This document shows positions 38,569 through 47,945 of a stretch of DNA of 64,000 bases, one piece after another; position 1 is the first letter of the stretch; each line of letters begins with the position of its first letter. A program made the position numbers and the translations under genes. Below the pieces are notes generated by a model. That model had not been told where the DNA came from. It was given only the letters and a program-made list of their open reading frames with translations, and searched no databases. The DNA comes from Eubacteriales bacterium. GTDB taxonomy: Bacteria; Bacillota; Clostridia; Oscillospirales; SIG627. The stretch spans positions 83,889 to 147,888 of the forward strand of contig JAZSON010000012.1 of assembly GCA_045536965.1 (NCBI GenBank), given 5' to 3'.

Positions 38569-39258
38569 ATGACCGACAAAGCGGAAGAAACCCTAAAAAA
38601 AGAACAAAGCGATAAAGTGCAAATGGAAAAAATCCTCAAAACGGGCGGCGTTACCACGCGCAACGAAGATTTTTCTGTTTATTTTCTCACCATTGCAGGA
38701 CAAATCGAGGGACACACCTCGCTGCCCGCCGAAGCAAAAACCACCAAATACGAGCAAACCATACCATTGCTTGCCGCCTTGGAAGAAAGCCGTGAAATTG
38801 ACGGCGTTTTGCTCCTCATCAACACCGTAGGCGGCGATGTAGAAGCAGGGCTTGCCATGGCAGAACTGATCGCCTCCATGGAAAAACCAACCGTATCCCT
38901 CGTGCTCGGCGGCGGACATTCCATCGGCATCCCTTTGGCCGTTGCCGCCAAAACCTCGTTTATCGTCCCATCTGCCACCATGATGGTGCATCCCGTCCGT
39001 ATCAATGGTCTGGTTCTCGGCATAGAGCAATCCTTCCACGCCATCCAAAGAATGCAAAACCGCATCACCGACTTCATCACCGAGCATTCAGCTATTGGGC
39101 GAGACGCCTTTTTACAACTTCTGAAATGCACCGATGAAATCGCCGACGACACCGGCACCCTCATCGACGGCAAAACCGCCGTGACATGCGGATTGATCGA
39201 CCGTCTGGGCGGTCTTTCGCCCGCTTTGGCCGAATTACGCCGCCTTGCAGGAAAATAA
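38569..39258 (+). CDS. ClpP-fold serine protease homolog (TepA-like)
   Basis: 229 aa with ClpP-like blocks INTVGGDVEAGLAMAELI, GGGHSIGIPLAVA and MMVHPV. GAGGTG RBS. Confidence 0.7.
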   Translation: MTDKAEETLKKEQSDKVQMEKILKTGGVTTRNEDFSVYFLTIAGQIEGHTSLPAEAKTTKYEQTIPLLAALEESREIDGVLLLINTVGGDVEAGLAMAELIASMEKPTVSLVLGGGHSIGIPLAVAAKTSFIVPSATMMVHPVRINGLVLGIEQSFHAIQRMQNRITDFITEHSAIGRDAFLQLLKCTDEIADDTGTLIDGKTAVTCGLIDRLGGLSPALAELRRLAGK

Positions 39259-39338
39259 TACAAAATCGGACTTCCGATTCTGACACTTTTCTTTTTTTCC
39301 CTCCTGTAAACTAACAAGACACAAGGAGGTAGAGACGC

Positions 39339-40229
39339 ATGACCATCACGGACTTTAAAAAGAAACGAAAAGAAAAAGAATTGCCGCCCTATCATTTTGC
39401 TTTGGTTCATCCCGCCTGCATTTATCCCAATCCCCATGCCCCGCGCAAAAGCACCCATAAAGAGACTGCCGATGACTTAACAGACAGCATACGACAAAAC
39501 GGCATCCTCACGCCTCTCATCGCCCGCATTCTACACGATGACGGCTGGACAGTCGACCGCTACGAGCTCATTGACGGCCAGCGGCGGCTGACAGCGGCCA
39601 AAGCCCTGTCACTCCCCGCCGTCCCCTTAATCATCTGGGATGACATCGAGCGAAAGAGAGCTTACGAGATGTCTTTGATCTTGCACACGCAACACAAACA
39701 TCTCAATATATTCGAAATGGCCGATGCCTTGGAACTATATATCAGACGAGAAGGATACACCTGCGAAAAAGCCGCCGAAGCTTTATCCATATCGGTATCC
39801 GAACTTTCCCTCAAACTCTCCATTCTCGACTTATCAGCCGTGGAAAGAGCCATCATTTGTGAAAATGGATTGACCGAACGCCATGCCCGCGCACTTTTGC
39901 GCGTCAAGCAGCCCACATACCGCCTATTTGCCCTCAACACCGTAATTGAACGGGGATTGAACGTGACCGAAACCGAAAACTTTTTGGACACATTTCTCGC
40001 CGCCCCCGAAAAACACCTGCTTTCGGAAGTTTTTTCTTCGGAAGACCAAACCACCTGCGAAAAATCCTTTTCGCCCACCCGCAAAGCTGTTTTTCGAGAC
40101 GCACGGCTTTTTATCAACACACTTGACCGCGCCGTAGCCACAGGACAGGCATCCGGCATCCCCCTAAAAGCCCAAAAAAACCAAAACGATGAGGGTGTGG
40201 AATACACCATACATATCGGCAAAATGTAA
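39339..40229 (+). CDS. ParB/Noc-family paralog (ParB N-terminal domain plus HTH)
   Basis: 296 aa. ParB-box region PLIARIL...YELIDGQRRLTAAKAL, with GQRR replacing the canonical GERR. HTH segment CEKAAEALSISVSELS. Confidence 0.75.
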   Translation: MTITDFKKKRKEKELPPYHFALVHPACIYPNPHAPRKSTHKETADDLTDSIRQNGILTPLIARILHDDGWTVDRYELIDGQRRLTAAKALSLPAVPLIIWDDIERKRAYEMSLILHTQHKHLNIFEMADALELYIRREGYTCEKAAEALSISVSELSLKLSILDLSAVERAIICENGLTERHARALLRVKQPTYRLFALNTVIERGLNVTETENFLDTFLAAPEKHLLSEVFSSEDQTTCEKSFSPTRKAVFRDARLFINTLDRAVATGQASGIPLKAQKNQNDEGVEYTIHIGKM

Positions 40230-40235
40230 TACACA

Positions 40236-40266
40236 AAAACATCCGACCGGACGGTCGGATGTTTTT
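40236..40266. terminator. bidirectional intrinsic terminator
   Basis: AAAAACATCCGACCG-gac-CGGTCGGATGTTTTT between convergent genes. Confidence 0.8.
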
Positions 40267-40275
40267 AACTTGAAT

Positions 40276-41469
40276 TTATCGAACCCTTCTGCATTCCAAA
40301 TAGTAGCGCTTGTCATTGGCGTGCCCCATGGAAAAAGTTTTGCGCGGCAAAGAGCCGTCTTTTTCCACGGCGGGGAACAGTGCATCCTTTTGCATTCCCT
40401 CAAAAAGAAATCCTATCGTATTCTCTTGACGGCAAAGCTGTGCCACCACTTCTTCTCCGTGAATATAATCCACCGTGATTTGCGGATTTTTCGCTAAATA
40501 CTCATCTAAAAAGTTCTGCAATGTGCCAACCGGCAATTCGGATGTGGGTTTGAGATATATAACCTCTTGACCCTCGCGCGTCAAGCAGACAAACCGATGC
40601 CCGTTGGATTTTTCGGGTTCTCCGCATGTTTTTTTCAATTCGGCCATTAGCGTAGCCGCGTCAGCATGAAACACCACGCGGTAAATCGGCTCAAACACAA
40701 TAGCGTCATCCTGCAAATTCACCGTTTCCACCAAAGCATACCGCGAAAGCGGCGTGGGATTGGCTTCATAACAACTCTTTGCGGCGGCAAGCGAATGATT
40801 TCCGTCTCCTACCGCAAACAGCATTTTCCCTTCTCGGTTCAATGCGCTCAGCGCTTTCCCAACGGCCTCTTGCGCTTCTTTATCCATATAATACCCCGTA
40901 ATATGACCGCCGTCCATCATCAGATCAAAGTCATACGCCACCTCAAACCGACCTTTCATCCTCTCAAGCGGCTCTATTACCGTTTTTTGCACATCATCTA
41001 TCATCAAAAGTGCATGGGGCGATTCCAGCAATGCATTTTTTCGAATTTGCACACGGGGCGGAATACGCTCCAAAACGGTTTTTTCGGTCGCGCGAATGGC
41101 CGTTTGGCTTGAGGAACGATAATCATAATCCTCCAGATCGACCACGCCGACAACACCGCGACGTATACAACCGTTGCTGATTTGACGCTCCACATAAATC
41201 ATCGCATTTTCTTTTCGCGCCAACACATCATCTCTCAAATATCTTTCCATTTCGCAATTGATGTCCTCGATTCTGTCGGAAACATTTTCGGATAAATATA
41301 TTTCAGGCAATGTAATGCGCAACGCAGACGGATTTTCTCCTACTTTTCTTTCGACCGCATTCCAATATTCGGGTTGAGAAGTAAACTGATCGCAAGCAAC
41401 CACTGCCCAATGTTCAAAATCCCCCTTCGGCAAATAAAGATCGGCGGGCATAAGCGGATACCGTTTCAT
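40276..41469 (-). CDS. DUF1015-type conserved protein
   Basis: 397 aa from the ATG at 41469 (GAGGTG RBS), opening MKRYPLMPADLYLP. The ORF-track extension to 41598 runs through the parS sites and has no RBS. The family assignment is from memory. Confidence 0.65.
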   Translation of the reverse strand: MKRYPLMPADLYLPKGDFEHWAVVACDQFTSQPEYWNAVERKVGENPSALRITLPEIYLSENVSDRIEDINCEMERYLRDDVLARKENAMIYVERQISNGCIRRGVVGVVDLEDYDYRSSSQTAIRATEKTVLERIPPRVQIRKNALLESPHALLMIDDVQKTVIEPLERMKGRFEVAYDFDLMMDGGHITGYYMDKEAQEAVGKALSALNREGKMLFAVGDGNHSLAAAKSCYEANPTPLSRYALVETVNLQDDAIVFEPIYRVVFHADAATLMAELKKTCGEPEKSNGHRFVCLTREGQEVIYLKPTSELPVGTLQNFLDEYLAKNPQITVDYIHGEEVVAQLCRQENTIGFLFEGMQKDALFPAVEKDGSLPRKTFSMGHANDKRYYLECRRVR

Positions 41470-41581
41470 CCTGACACCTCGTTTCATAGTTTCTGTTAGT
41501 CTATTATAGCACATTTTCACCGATTGCGCAACCGCAATTCTCATTTTATGCAAAAAAAATCCAAAATTCTTCGGCGCAAAT

Positions 41582-41597
41582 TGTTTCACGTGAAACA
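41582..41597. promoter_or_regulatory. parS centromere-like site (perfect 16-bp palindrome)
   Basis: TGTTTCACGTGAAACA matches the Firmicutes parS consensus tGTTnCACGTGAAACa. Confidence 0.85.
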
Positions 41598-41619
41598 TTC
41601 AGAGTTTCCCGTTGCAAAA

Positions 41620-41635
41620 TGTTTCACGTGAAACA
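41620..41635. promoter_or_regulatory. parS centromere-like site (second identical copy)
   Basis: An identical TGTTTCACGTGAAACA lies 38 bp (start to start) downstream of the first copy. Confidence 0.85.
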
Positions 41636-41666
41636 TCGTTCATTTGAAGTTGACCGCCGAAAACGG

Positions 41667-41695
41667 TTGACATTCACAAAAGAAGCGTATATAAT
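41667..41695 (+). promoter_or_regulatory. sigma-A type promoter of soj-spo0J
   Basis: TTGACA (41667-41672), 17-nt spacer, TATAAT (41690-41695). Confidence 0.6.
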
Positions 41696-41724
41696 GGATA
41701 TACTAATGAATCGGTGGATAAAAT

Positions 41725-42495
41725 ATGACAGAAATCATTGCATTCGCAAATCAAAAAGGCGGGGTAGGAAAAACCACCTCAGCCGTTAATATGGCCGCCT
41801 CTTTGGCTTATTTGGGCAAAAAGGTCTTGCTTGTCGACATGGACCCGCAAGGCAATGCCACCACAGGAGTCGGCGTGAACAAACGCGTCCTTTCCGCCTC
41901 CTCTTACGAGTTGTTGACCAATCAATGTCAACCCGAAGAGGCGCTCGTCTCAACCGCGTTCGATCGGTTATACCTCATCCCCTCCACCCTGGCGCTCGCG
42001 GGTGCCGATTTGGATCTATCCGAGGTCGACCGCCGAACCTATCGTTTGCAAGATGCTTTAAAAAAACTCGAATCCCACCATTTTGATTATATCGTCATCG
42101 ATTGCCCCCCCTCTTTGGGTCTTTTAAACCTCAACGCACTGACCGCCGCCACCGGCGTGATCATCCCCATGCAATGCGAATATCTCGCTCTCGAGGGGCT
42201 TTCGCAACTGACCTACACCATTAAACAAGTGCAGTCCAAGTACAACCCGGCTCTCGCCGTCCGCGGTGTCATTCTAACCATGTACGACGGCCGCCTCGTT
42301 CTTTCTGTTCAAGTGGCCGAAGAAATTCGCCGCCACTTTCCGGGTTTGACCTTCCGCACCACCATTCCCCGCAATGTGCGGCTCAGTGAAGCACCCAGCC
42401 ACGGAAAACCCGCGCTCTATTATGACCGTTATGCCAAAGGCACCTTGGCTTATCTGGAGGTTGCCAAAGAATTTTTAAAAAGGCCCAACAAATAG
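41725..42495 (+). CDS. soj: chromosome partitioning ATPase ParA/Soj
   Basis: Deviant Walker A NQKGGVGKTT. Also DMDPQGNAT and the IDCPPSLG block. 256 aa. Confidence 0.92.
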   Translation: MTEIIAFANQKGGVGKTTSAVNMAASLAYLGKKVLLVDMDPQGNATTGVGVNKRVLSASSYELLTNQCQPEEALVSTAFDRLYLIPSTLALAGADLDLSEVDRRTYRLQDALKKLESHHFDYIVIDCPPSLGLLNLNALTAATGVIIPMQCEYLALEGLSQLTYTIKQVQSKYNPALAVRGVILTMYDGRLVLSVQVAEEIRRHFPGLTFRTTIPRNVRLSEAPSHGKPALYYDRYAKGTLAYLEVAKEFLKRPNK

Positions 42496-42506
42496 GAGGA
42501 CCCACC

Positions 42507-43403
42507 ATGAAAAAAAACGGACTCGGAAGAGGCTTGGATGCTCTGTTTGATGACAACGCCTTCACTCCCGAAACCACCAATGAAACCAAGGTTGTTACAC
42601 TGCCGCTTTCCTCGGTTGTTCCCGATGAAAACCAGCACAGAAAAACCTTTTCAACCGATTCTCTAACCGAATTGGCCGAATCCATTCGACAGCATGGCAT
42701 TTTGCAACCCATTTTAGTCACCCCGCTTGCAAACGGAAAATATAAGATCATAGCGGGCGAACGACGCTTCCGCGCCGCCTCTATCGCCGCATTGACCGAA
42801 GTTCCCGTGTTGATTCGGGATGTTTCGGCGCAAAACGCCGCCGAAATGGCCTTGATCGAGAACTTGCAGCGCGAGGACCTCAACCCAATGGAAGAAGCAG
42901 GCGGTTACGATGCTCTCATCCGCACATACGGACTGACCCAAGAGGAAGCAGCCAAACGGCTTGGAAAATCTCGTGTCGCCATTGCCAATACCCTGCGGCT
43001 TCTGTCCCTCCCCGCCGCGGCGCAATCCATGGTGCGAAATAAAACTGTTTCGGCAGGACATGCCCGCGCACTGCTTGCTTTAAAGGATGAAGCTCTCATC
43101 CACCGCATTTTGGGCGAAATTGTAGAAAAAAACCTCTCAGTGCGCGAAACCGAAGGGTTGGTTAAACGACTGCTTGAAGGGAAAACGGGTGCAAATGCCA
43201 AATCTCCTGTCGATAAAACCGTTTCCCGCTCCTACTTCGATGCGCTCGAACGCAAGGTTTCTTCCCGTATGGGACGTGCTGTTGCCATTCAATCCAAGCC
43301 TAAAGGAAACGGCACCATTCGCTTGTCATTTGAAAACAGCGATGATTTGGAAAAACTTTTAATTCTCTTGTGCAGCGAAGACATTTTAATAGATAGTATA
43401 TAA
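42507..43403 (+). CDS. spo0J: chromosome partitioning protein ParB/Spo0J
   Basis: Canonical ParB box IIAGERRFRAA. HTH segment QEEAAKRLGKSRVAIANTLRLL. 298 aa. Confidence 0.92.
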   Translation: MKKNGLGRGLDALFDDNAFTPETTNETKVVTLPLSSVVPDENQHRKTFSTDSLTELAESIRQHGILQPILVTPLANGKYKIIAGERRFRAASIAALTEVPVLIRDVSAQNAAEMALIENLQREDLNPMEEAGGYDALIRTYGLTQEEAAKRLGKSRVAIANTLRLLSLPAAAQSMVRNKTVSAGHARALLALKDEALIHRILGEIVEKNLSVRETEGLVKRLLEGKTGANAKSPVDKTVSRSYFDALERKVSSRMGRAVAIQSKPKGNGTIRLSFENSDDLEKLLILLCSEDILIDSI

Positions 43404-43433
43404 TAGTATATAATAGAAAGACGGTGTGTATAC

Positions 43434-44714
43434 ATGCTCGACATCAAAAGAATCAAGGACAATCCCACATTTGTAAAAGAAAGACTTTCCACCCGCAACA
43501 AAGATTATTCGGCCGAAATTGACCGTCTGCTTTCCCTTGACGAAGAAAGACGTGCGCTTATTCGTGATACCGAAAGCAAAAAAGCCTCGCAAAACGCCAT
43601 TTCCAAGCAAATTCCCGCTCGCAAGAAGAATGGCGAAGATGTCTCCGCTCTTTTTGCTGATATGAAAGCAATTTCCGAAACCATAAAGGCAGATACCGAT
43701 AAAATCGCCGCCCTCGATGAAGAAATCGAAGCTATTCTGCTTGGCATTCCCAATTTGCCCAACGAATCGTTGCCCATCGGCCCCGATGACAGCGCCAATG
43801 TGGAAATTCGCCGTTGGGGCGAACCCACCAAATTCGATTTCGAACCCAAAGCCCATTGGGAACTGGGTCAATCACTTGGCATGCTGGAGCCCAACCGTGC
43901 CGCAAAGGTCACGGGCACCCGCTTCCACTTCACCGTCGGCTTCGGTGCAAAGTTGGAACGCGCCCTTATGAACTTTTTCTTAGACACCCATACAGACTCG
44001 GGTTACACCGAAATTCTCCCTCCCTTCATGGTCAACCGCGCTTCCATGAAAGGCACGGGGCAACTTCCCAAATTCGAAGAAGATGCTTTCAAAGTAGATA
44101 ACACCGACTTTTTCTTGATTCCCACCGCTGAAGTCCCTGTCACCAACTATCACCGCAAGGAAATCCTCGACGGTGCCGATCTTCCCATTTGCTACTGTGC
44201 CTATTCGGCCTGTTTCCGCGCAGAAGCCGGCTCAGCAGGACGTGACACCAGAGGTTTAATTCGTCAACACCAATTTAACAAAGTCGAACTGGTCAAATTT
44301 GCCGATCCCGATCATTCTTACGAAGAATTGGAAACCTTGACGACAGATGCCGCCCGTGTTTTGGAGCTTTTGGGGCTTCCCTATCGCGTTTCCATGCTTT
44401 GCACCGGTGACATCGGCTTCTCTTCGGCAAAAACCTACGATTTGGAAGTTTGGATGCCCTCTTACAACCGCTATGTCGAGATTTCATCCTGCTCCAACTT
44501 CGAAGACTACCAAGCACGTCGTGCCGACATCAAATTTAAAAACGCCCAAACCGACAAAGCCCGTTTGGTACACACTCTCAACGGTTCAGGCGTTGCCATC
44601 GGCCGCGCCCTTGCCGCCATCATGGAAAACTACCAAACCGCCGACGGCGATATCATCATTCCCGAAGCGCTTCGTCCCTATCTCCACGGCAGAAAATCGG
44701 TTCTCGGCAAGTAA
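43434..44714 (+). CDS. serS: seryl-tRNA synthetase
   Basis: N-terminal coiled-coil arm ([11 protein letters not shown]...). Class II motifs ([46 protein letters not shown]). Confidence 0.95.
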   Translation: MLDIKRIKDNPTFVKERLSTRNKDYSAEIDRLLSLDEERRALIRDTESKKASQNAISKQIPARKKNGEDVSALFADMKAISETIKADTDKIAALDEEIEAILLGIPNLPNESLPIGPDDSANVEIRRWGEPTKFDFEPKAHWELGQSLGMLEPNRAAKVTGTRFHFTVGFGAKLERALMNFFLDTHTDSGYTEILPPFMVNRASMKGTGQLPKFEEDAFKVDNTDFFLIPTAEVPVTNYHRKEILDGADLPICYCAYSACFRAEAGSAGRDTRGLIRQHQFNKVELVKFADPDHSYEELETLTTDAARVLELLGLPYRVSMLCTGDIGFSSAKTYDLEVWMPSYNRYVEISSCSNFEDYQARRADIKFKNAQTDKARLVHTLNGSGVAIGRALAAIMENYQTADGDIIIPEALRPYLHGRKSVLGK

Positions 44715-45169
44715 TGGACATGGATTATAAACTCCTGCTTTGGTGTATCTATGGCGGCATACTGATCGCCGCCCTCTACATCGGCTATCAAAAAAGCGTT
44801 GTTGGTCGACTTGTTCGCGCGCTTATTGAAAAAGGCTGCGACTCTCCCGAAAATGCGCTGACTTTGGAACAACTGGGTTTGGAAAAACACGCCCGCATCC
44901 GCGCCGCTTTGAAACCCAAATCAACCCTTTCTCACATGATTTCGGCCGTTTTTCCAAGCACCTTCGATGATACCAAAAACACCTTTGATTTTTCGGCTAC
45001 CCGTTTTTATCTTTCAGACGAAAAGAAAGAAAAAGCCGCGCGTTACTGCAGCGAAGGTTCATTTTTGCTCACCCTTCTCTTTGCTGTGCTCGGCGGTTTG
45101 ATCATCGTACTGCTCGGCTATATTCTCGTCCCCTATCTTTCTACTCTGTTCACAGAATTATTATCTTGA
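44714..45169 (+). CDS. hypothetical small membrane protein
   Basis: 151 aa with one TM helix at each end. Its start overlaps the serS stop. Confidence 0.55.
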   Translation: MDMDYKLLLWCIYGGILIAALYIGYQKSVVGRLVRALIEKGCDSPENALTLEQLGLEKHARIRAALKPKSTLSHMISAVFPSTFDDTKNTFDFSATRFYLSDEKKEKAARYCSEGSFLLTLLFAVLGGLIIVLLGYILVPYLSTLFTELLS

Positions 45170-45182
45170 AAGTGGTGAAACC

Positions 45183-46043
45183 ATGAACGACGCTTCTCAT
45201 CGCACAACCAAAAAGAAATCCAACACCTCCTTTTATCTCAAAATCTTCTTAATTGCATTGGCCGCCGTCATTCTTACCTTCCTCTTTATCTACTACGGTC
45301 TTGGCTATCAGGTATTACGTGTACGATCAGGCAACAGCGAAATCACCTTTTTCGGAAAAGTATCCGATGGACAGGCGGTAAAAGGCACCTTATACTATGA
45401 AAACGATGTCAAAGCAACGTTAAACGCCGAAGAAAAAACCATTGAGTATGCCAACGGCGATATTTATGTCGGCGATATCGTGAACCTCATGCGCCATGGC
45501 CAAGGAAAAATGACCTATATCGCCAGCGGCGATGTTTACGAAGGCTCCTTTATCAACAATGAAATTTCAGGAAGCGGAAAATACAAATACAGCAACGGCG
45601 ACACCTACGAAGGACAGTTGGTTGCAGGAAAACGTGAAGGCGTCGGCCGTTACACATGGTCAGACGGCGATGTCTATGAAGGCGGTTTCTCGGGCAACAA
45701 AAAGCACGGAAAAGGAAAATACACCTGGAAAAACGGCTCTTTCTATGAAGGCTTGTACGTCGATGACAAAAAAAGCGACGAAAACGGTTATTTTGAATGG
45801 GAAAACGGCGATACCTATCGCGGTAGTTTCGTTCAAGATGTCCGCGAAGGATACGGCACCTACACATGGCAAGCCACGGGTGACACATATGTAGGCGAAT
45901 TTAAAAACAATAAGCTTAACGGCCAAGGCACCTACACATGGAAGGATGGACGCGCTCCCTACACGGGCACATTTGCCGACGGTGTCATCGTAATCGAAAC
46001 CGAAGATGAATCGACCGATGACGACTCAAACGAAGAAAACTAA
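45183..46043 (+). CDS. membrane-anchored MORN-repeat protein
   Basis: An N-terminal TM helix followed by about 8 MORN-like units (Y.G.f.n.k.hG.G.y...nGd.), e.g. YEGQLVAGKREGVGRYTWSDGDV. Acidic C-terminal tail. Confidence 0.75.
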   Translation: MNDASHRTTKKKSNTSFYLKIFLIALAAVILTFLFIYYGLGYQVLRVRSGNSEITFFGKVSDGQAVKGTLYYENDVKATLNAEEKTIEYANGDIYVGDIVNLMRHGQGKMTYIASGDVYEGSFINNEISGSGKYKYSNGDTYEGQLVAGKREGVGRYTWSDGDVYEGGFSGNKKHGKGKYTWKNGSFYEGLYVDDKKSDENGYFEWENGDTYRGSFVQDVREGYGTYTWQATGDTYVGEFKNNKLNGQGTYTWKDGRAPYTGTFADGVIVIETEDESTDDDSNEEN

Positions 46044-46055
46044 CCTACCGAATAA

Positions 46056-46090
46056 CAAAAAACTGCACATCCGTGATGTGCAGTTTTTTT
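46056..46090. terminator. bidirectional intrinsic terminator
   Basis: AAAAAACTGCACATC-cgt-GATGTGCAGTTTTTTT between convergent genes. Confidence 0.8.
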
Positions 46091-47003
46091 ATAGCGGTAA
46101 TATTTCTTTAAAAAACCGTTCCATATTGCCGTGCGCAAACTTTTCGATCCACTCTTCAGAAAAGCCCTTTTCATGTAAAGCGCAAAGCAAATTCTTAATG
46201 TCTCCGCAATTTTTTATGCCTACGGGCAAACAACCGTCGGTGCCGTCAAAATCACTGCCCAAACCAATGTGGTTTTCACCGCCCAACGACAAGAAGTGTG
46301 AAATATGATCAATCACCGTATCCACATTCGCATTTTCTCCTAAAAATGCAGGGTACAAGTTAATACCAACAACACCGCCGCCTCGAATCAGCGCGACAAA
46401 CATCTCATCGGTCAGATTTCGAGGATGGGAACACAAAGTCCGCGCATTGGAATGGGAAGCCAAAACAGGACGAGTCGTTAAGGACAGCACATCCCAAAAT
46501 CCTTGATCGGAAATGTGAGAAACATCCACCGCCATCCCCAATCGGTTCATTTCCGCAACAACCTCACGCCCGAAAGCAGTCAACCCACCGTTATTTCGTG
46601 GTTTTGTCGCCGTGTCGCTTATCTCATTCGGTCCATTCCAAGTAAGCGTCATGGCGCGCACGCCATCATCAAACAACTTATATAACCGCGTGATATCCCC
46701 TCGCAACACCTCGCCCCCCTCCACAGAGAGCATTTTTTTGCGGGAAGCGGTCGTTTCAACATCTGCGCGCGACAAAACCGGTCTAAACATTCCCGTTTTT
46801 TCACTGTAACGCTTATAAAGCAGTTCATACCGCGCGATCGGATCGGTCGTTTCTCCATCCACCCAAATGGCAAATATCTGCGTCCAAGCAAAAAAACCTT
46901 CCATACCCGAAAGATTTACTTCGGTTTGCCCGCCATACAAATCCAAACCGTCTCCCAGCAAATCCAGTGTATCGCAATGAGCATCAAAAATCGGAAAATA
47001 CAT
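46089..47003 (-). CDS. membrane dipeptidase family (M19) protein
   Basis: Opens FDAHCDT at the N-terminus. Also contains VDVSHISD, ASHSNAR and GLGSDFDG blocks. Confidence 0.85.
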   Translation of the reverse strand: MYFPIFDAHCDTLDLLGDGLDLYGGQTEVNLSGMEGFFAWTQIFAIWVDGETTDPIARYELLYKRYSEKTGMFRPVLSRADVETTASRKKMLSVEGGEVLRGDITRLYKLFDDGVRAMTLTWNGPNEISDTATKPRNNGGLTAFGREVVAEMNRLGMAVDVSHISDQGFWDVLSLTTRPVLASHSNARTLCSHPRNLTDEMFVALIRGGGVVGINLYPAFLGENANVDTVIDHISHFLSLGGENHIGLGSDFDGTDGCLPVGIKNCGDIKNLLCALHEKGFSEEWIEKFAHGNMERFFKEILPL

Positions 47004-47018
47004 ACACTTTTTTCTCCT

Positions 47019-47876
47019 TTAAAGACCTTTTTTCTCTTTTTCGGCACGCCCGCCCTTCAAATAAGCGCTGGGCGTCATATTGCAATGCCGAACAAAAGCG
47101 CGATTAAAAGTGCGCAGACTGTCAAAACCAACCTCCGAAGCAATTTCGGTCACACTCCTGCTGCTCGCGGCATCCATGCGGCGACAAGCTTCCGAAACAC
47201 GCAAGGAGTTTACATAACCTCTCAAAGAGATGTGAAGTTTCCCGCTCATAAGGTGAGAAATGTAATATTTGCTCACATGAAGTTGGCGAGAGAGCAAATC
47301 CAAGGACAGAGGTTCTTTGTAATGGTGATTACAGTAGGACAAAATCCGCTTCAGGGACGACATATCGGGCGGATCGCATTTTTCAAGCTCCATTTTCGGC
47401 AAAACTTTCGCCAAAAACGCCGAAAGACACCCTTGCAGAAACTCGGTTTCATACTGATCGCCACCTTCGAATGCTTCAAACAGCATATCGAGTAAAAACA
47501 ATTCCTTTTCTCCCAGCGCTCCCCGCAGAATAGGACAAACAGGCATACGTTGCATAAACACCTGCATAAACATGGCGGTGTATTGGGGCGCAAAAATAAA
47601 AATATCCGCCTCGTTCTCGGCAATATCATTATATGCGTGAACTTGATTGGGGAATGCAATGCTTACATCTCCCGCCTCGAGCAAATAACACTTTGCATCG
47701 ATCACAACCTCAACCTGCCCGGAGCGCACGCAGACCATTTCGACCTGATCATGCAAGTGGGTAATGCAACGCAGATGTGTTTGCCGTTTTTGGCATATAA
47801 AAGGAAACTGCCTGAATTCATAGTATGGATACATAATTTTCTCCATTTGTGCAAAATTTGTCTCGAATATAGCCAT
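47019..47876 (-). CDS. AraC family transcriptional regulator (cupin sensor plus HTH)
   Basis: C-terminal AraC HTH (VTEIASEVGFDSLRTFNRAFVRHCNMTPSAY) and an N-terminal cupin-like domain. It is divergent from 47946..49952. Confidence 0.85.
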   Translation of the reverse strand: MAIFETNFAQMEKIMYPYYEFRQFPFICQKRQTHLRCITHLHDQVEMVCVRSGQVEVVIDAKCYLLEAGDVSIAFPNQVHAYNDIAENEADIFIFAPQYTAMFMQVFMQRMPVCPILRGALGEKELFLLDMLFEAFEGGDQYETEFLQGCLSAFLAKVLPKMELEKCDPPDMSSLKRILSYCNHHYKEPLSLDLLSRQLHVSKYYISHLMSGKLHISLRGYVNSLRVSEACRRMDAASSRSVTEIASEVGFDSLRTFNRAFVRHCNMTPSAYLKGGRAEKEKKGL

Positions 47877-47945
47877 CTTTGTCTTGAATTATAGCATAAA
47901 ATGTCTTAACATACAAGTAGAAATTTAAAATTAGGAGGTTTGTAT

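Noticed and set aside
41470-41598. N-terminal extension of the DUF1015 ORF (MFHVKQF...)
   Set aside because: It is created by reading through the parS palindromes. The GAGGTG RBS sits before the ATG at 41469, and the conserved protein begins at MKRYPL.
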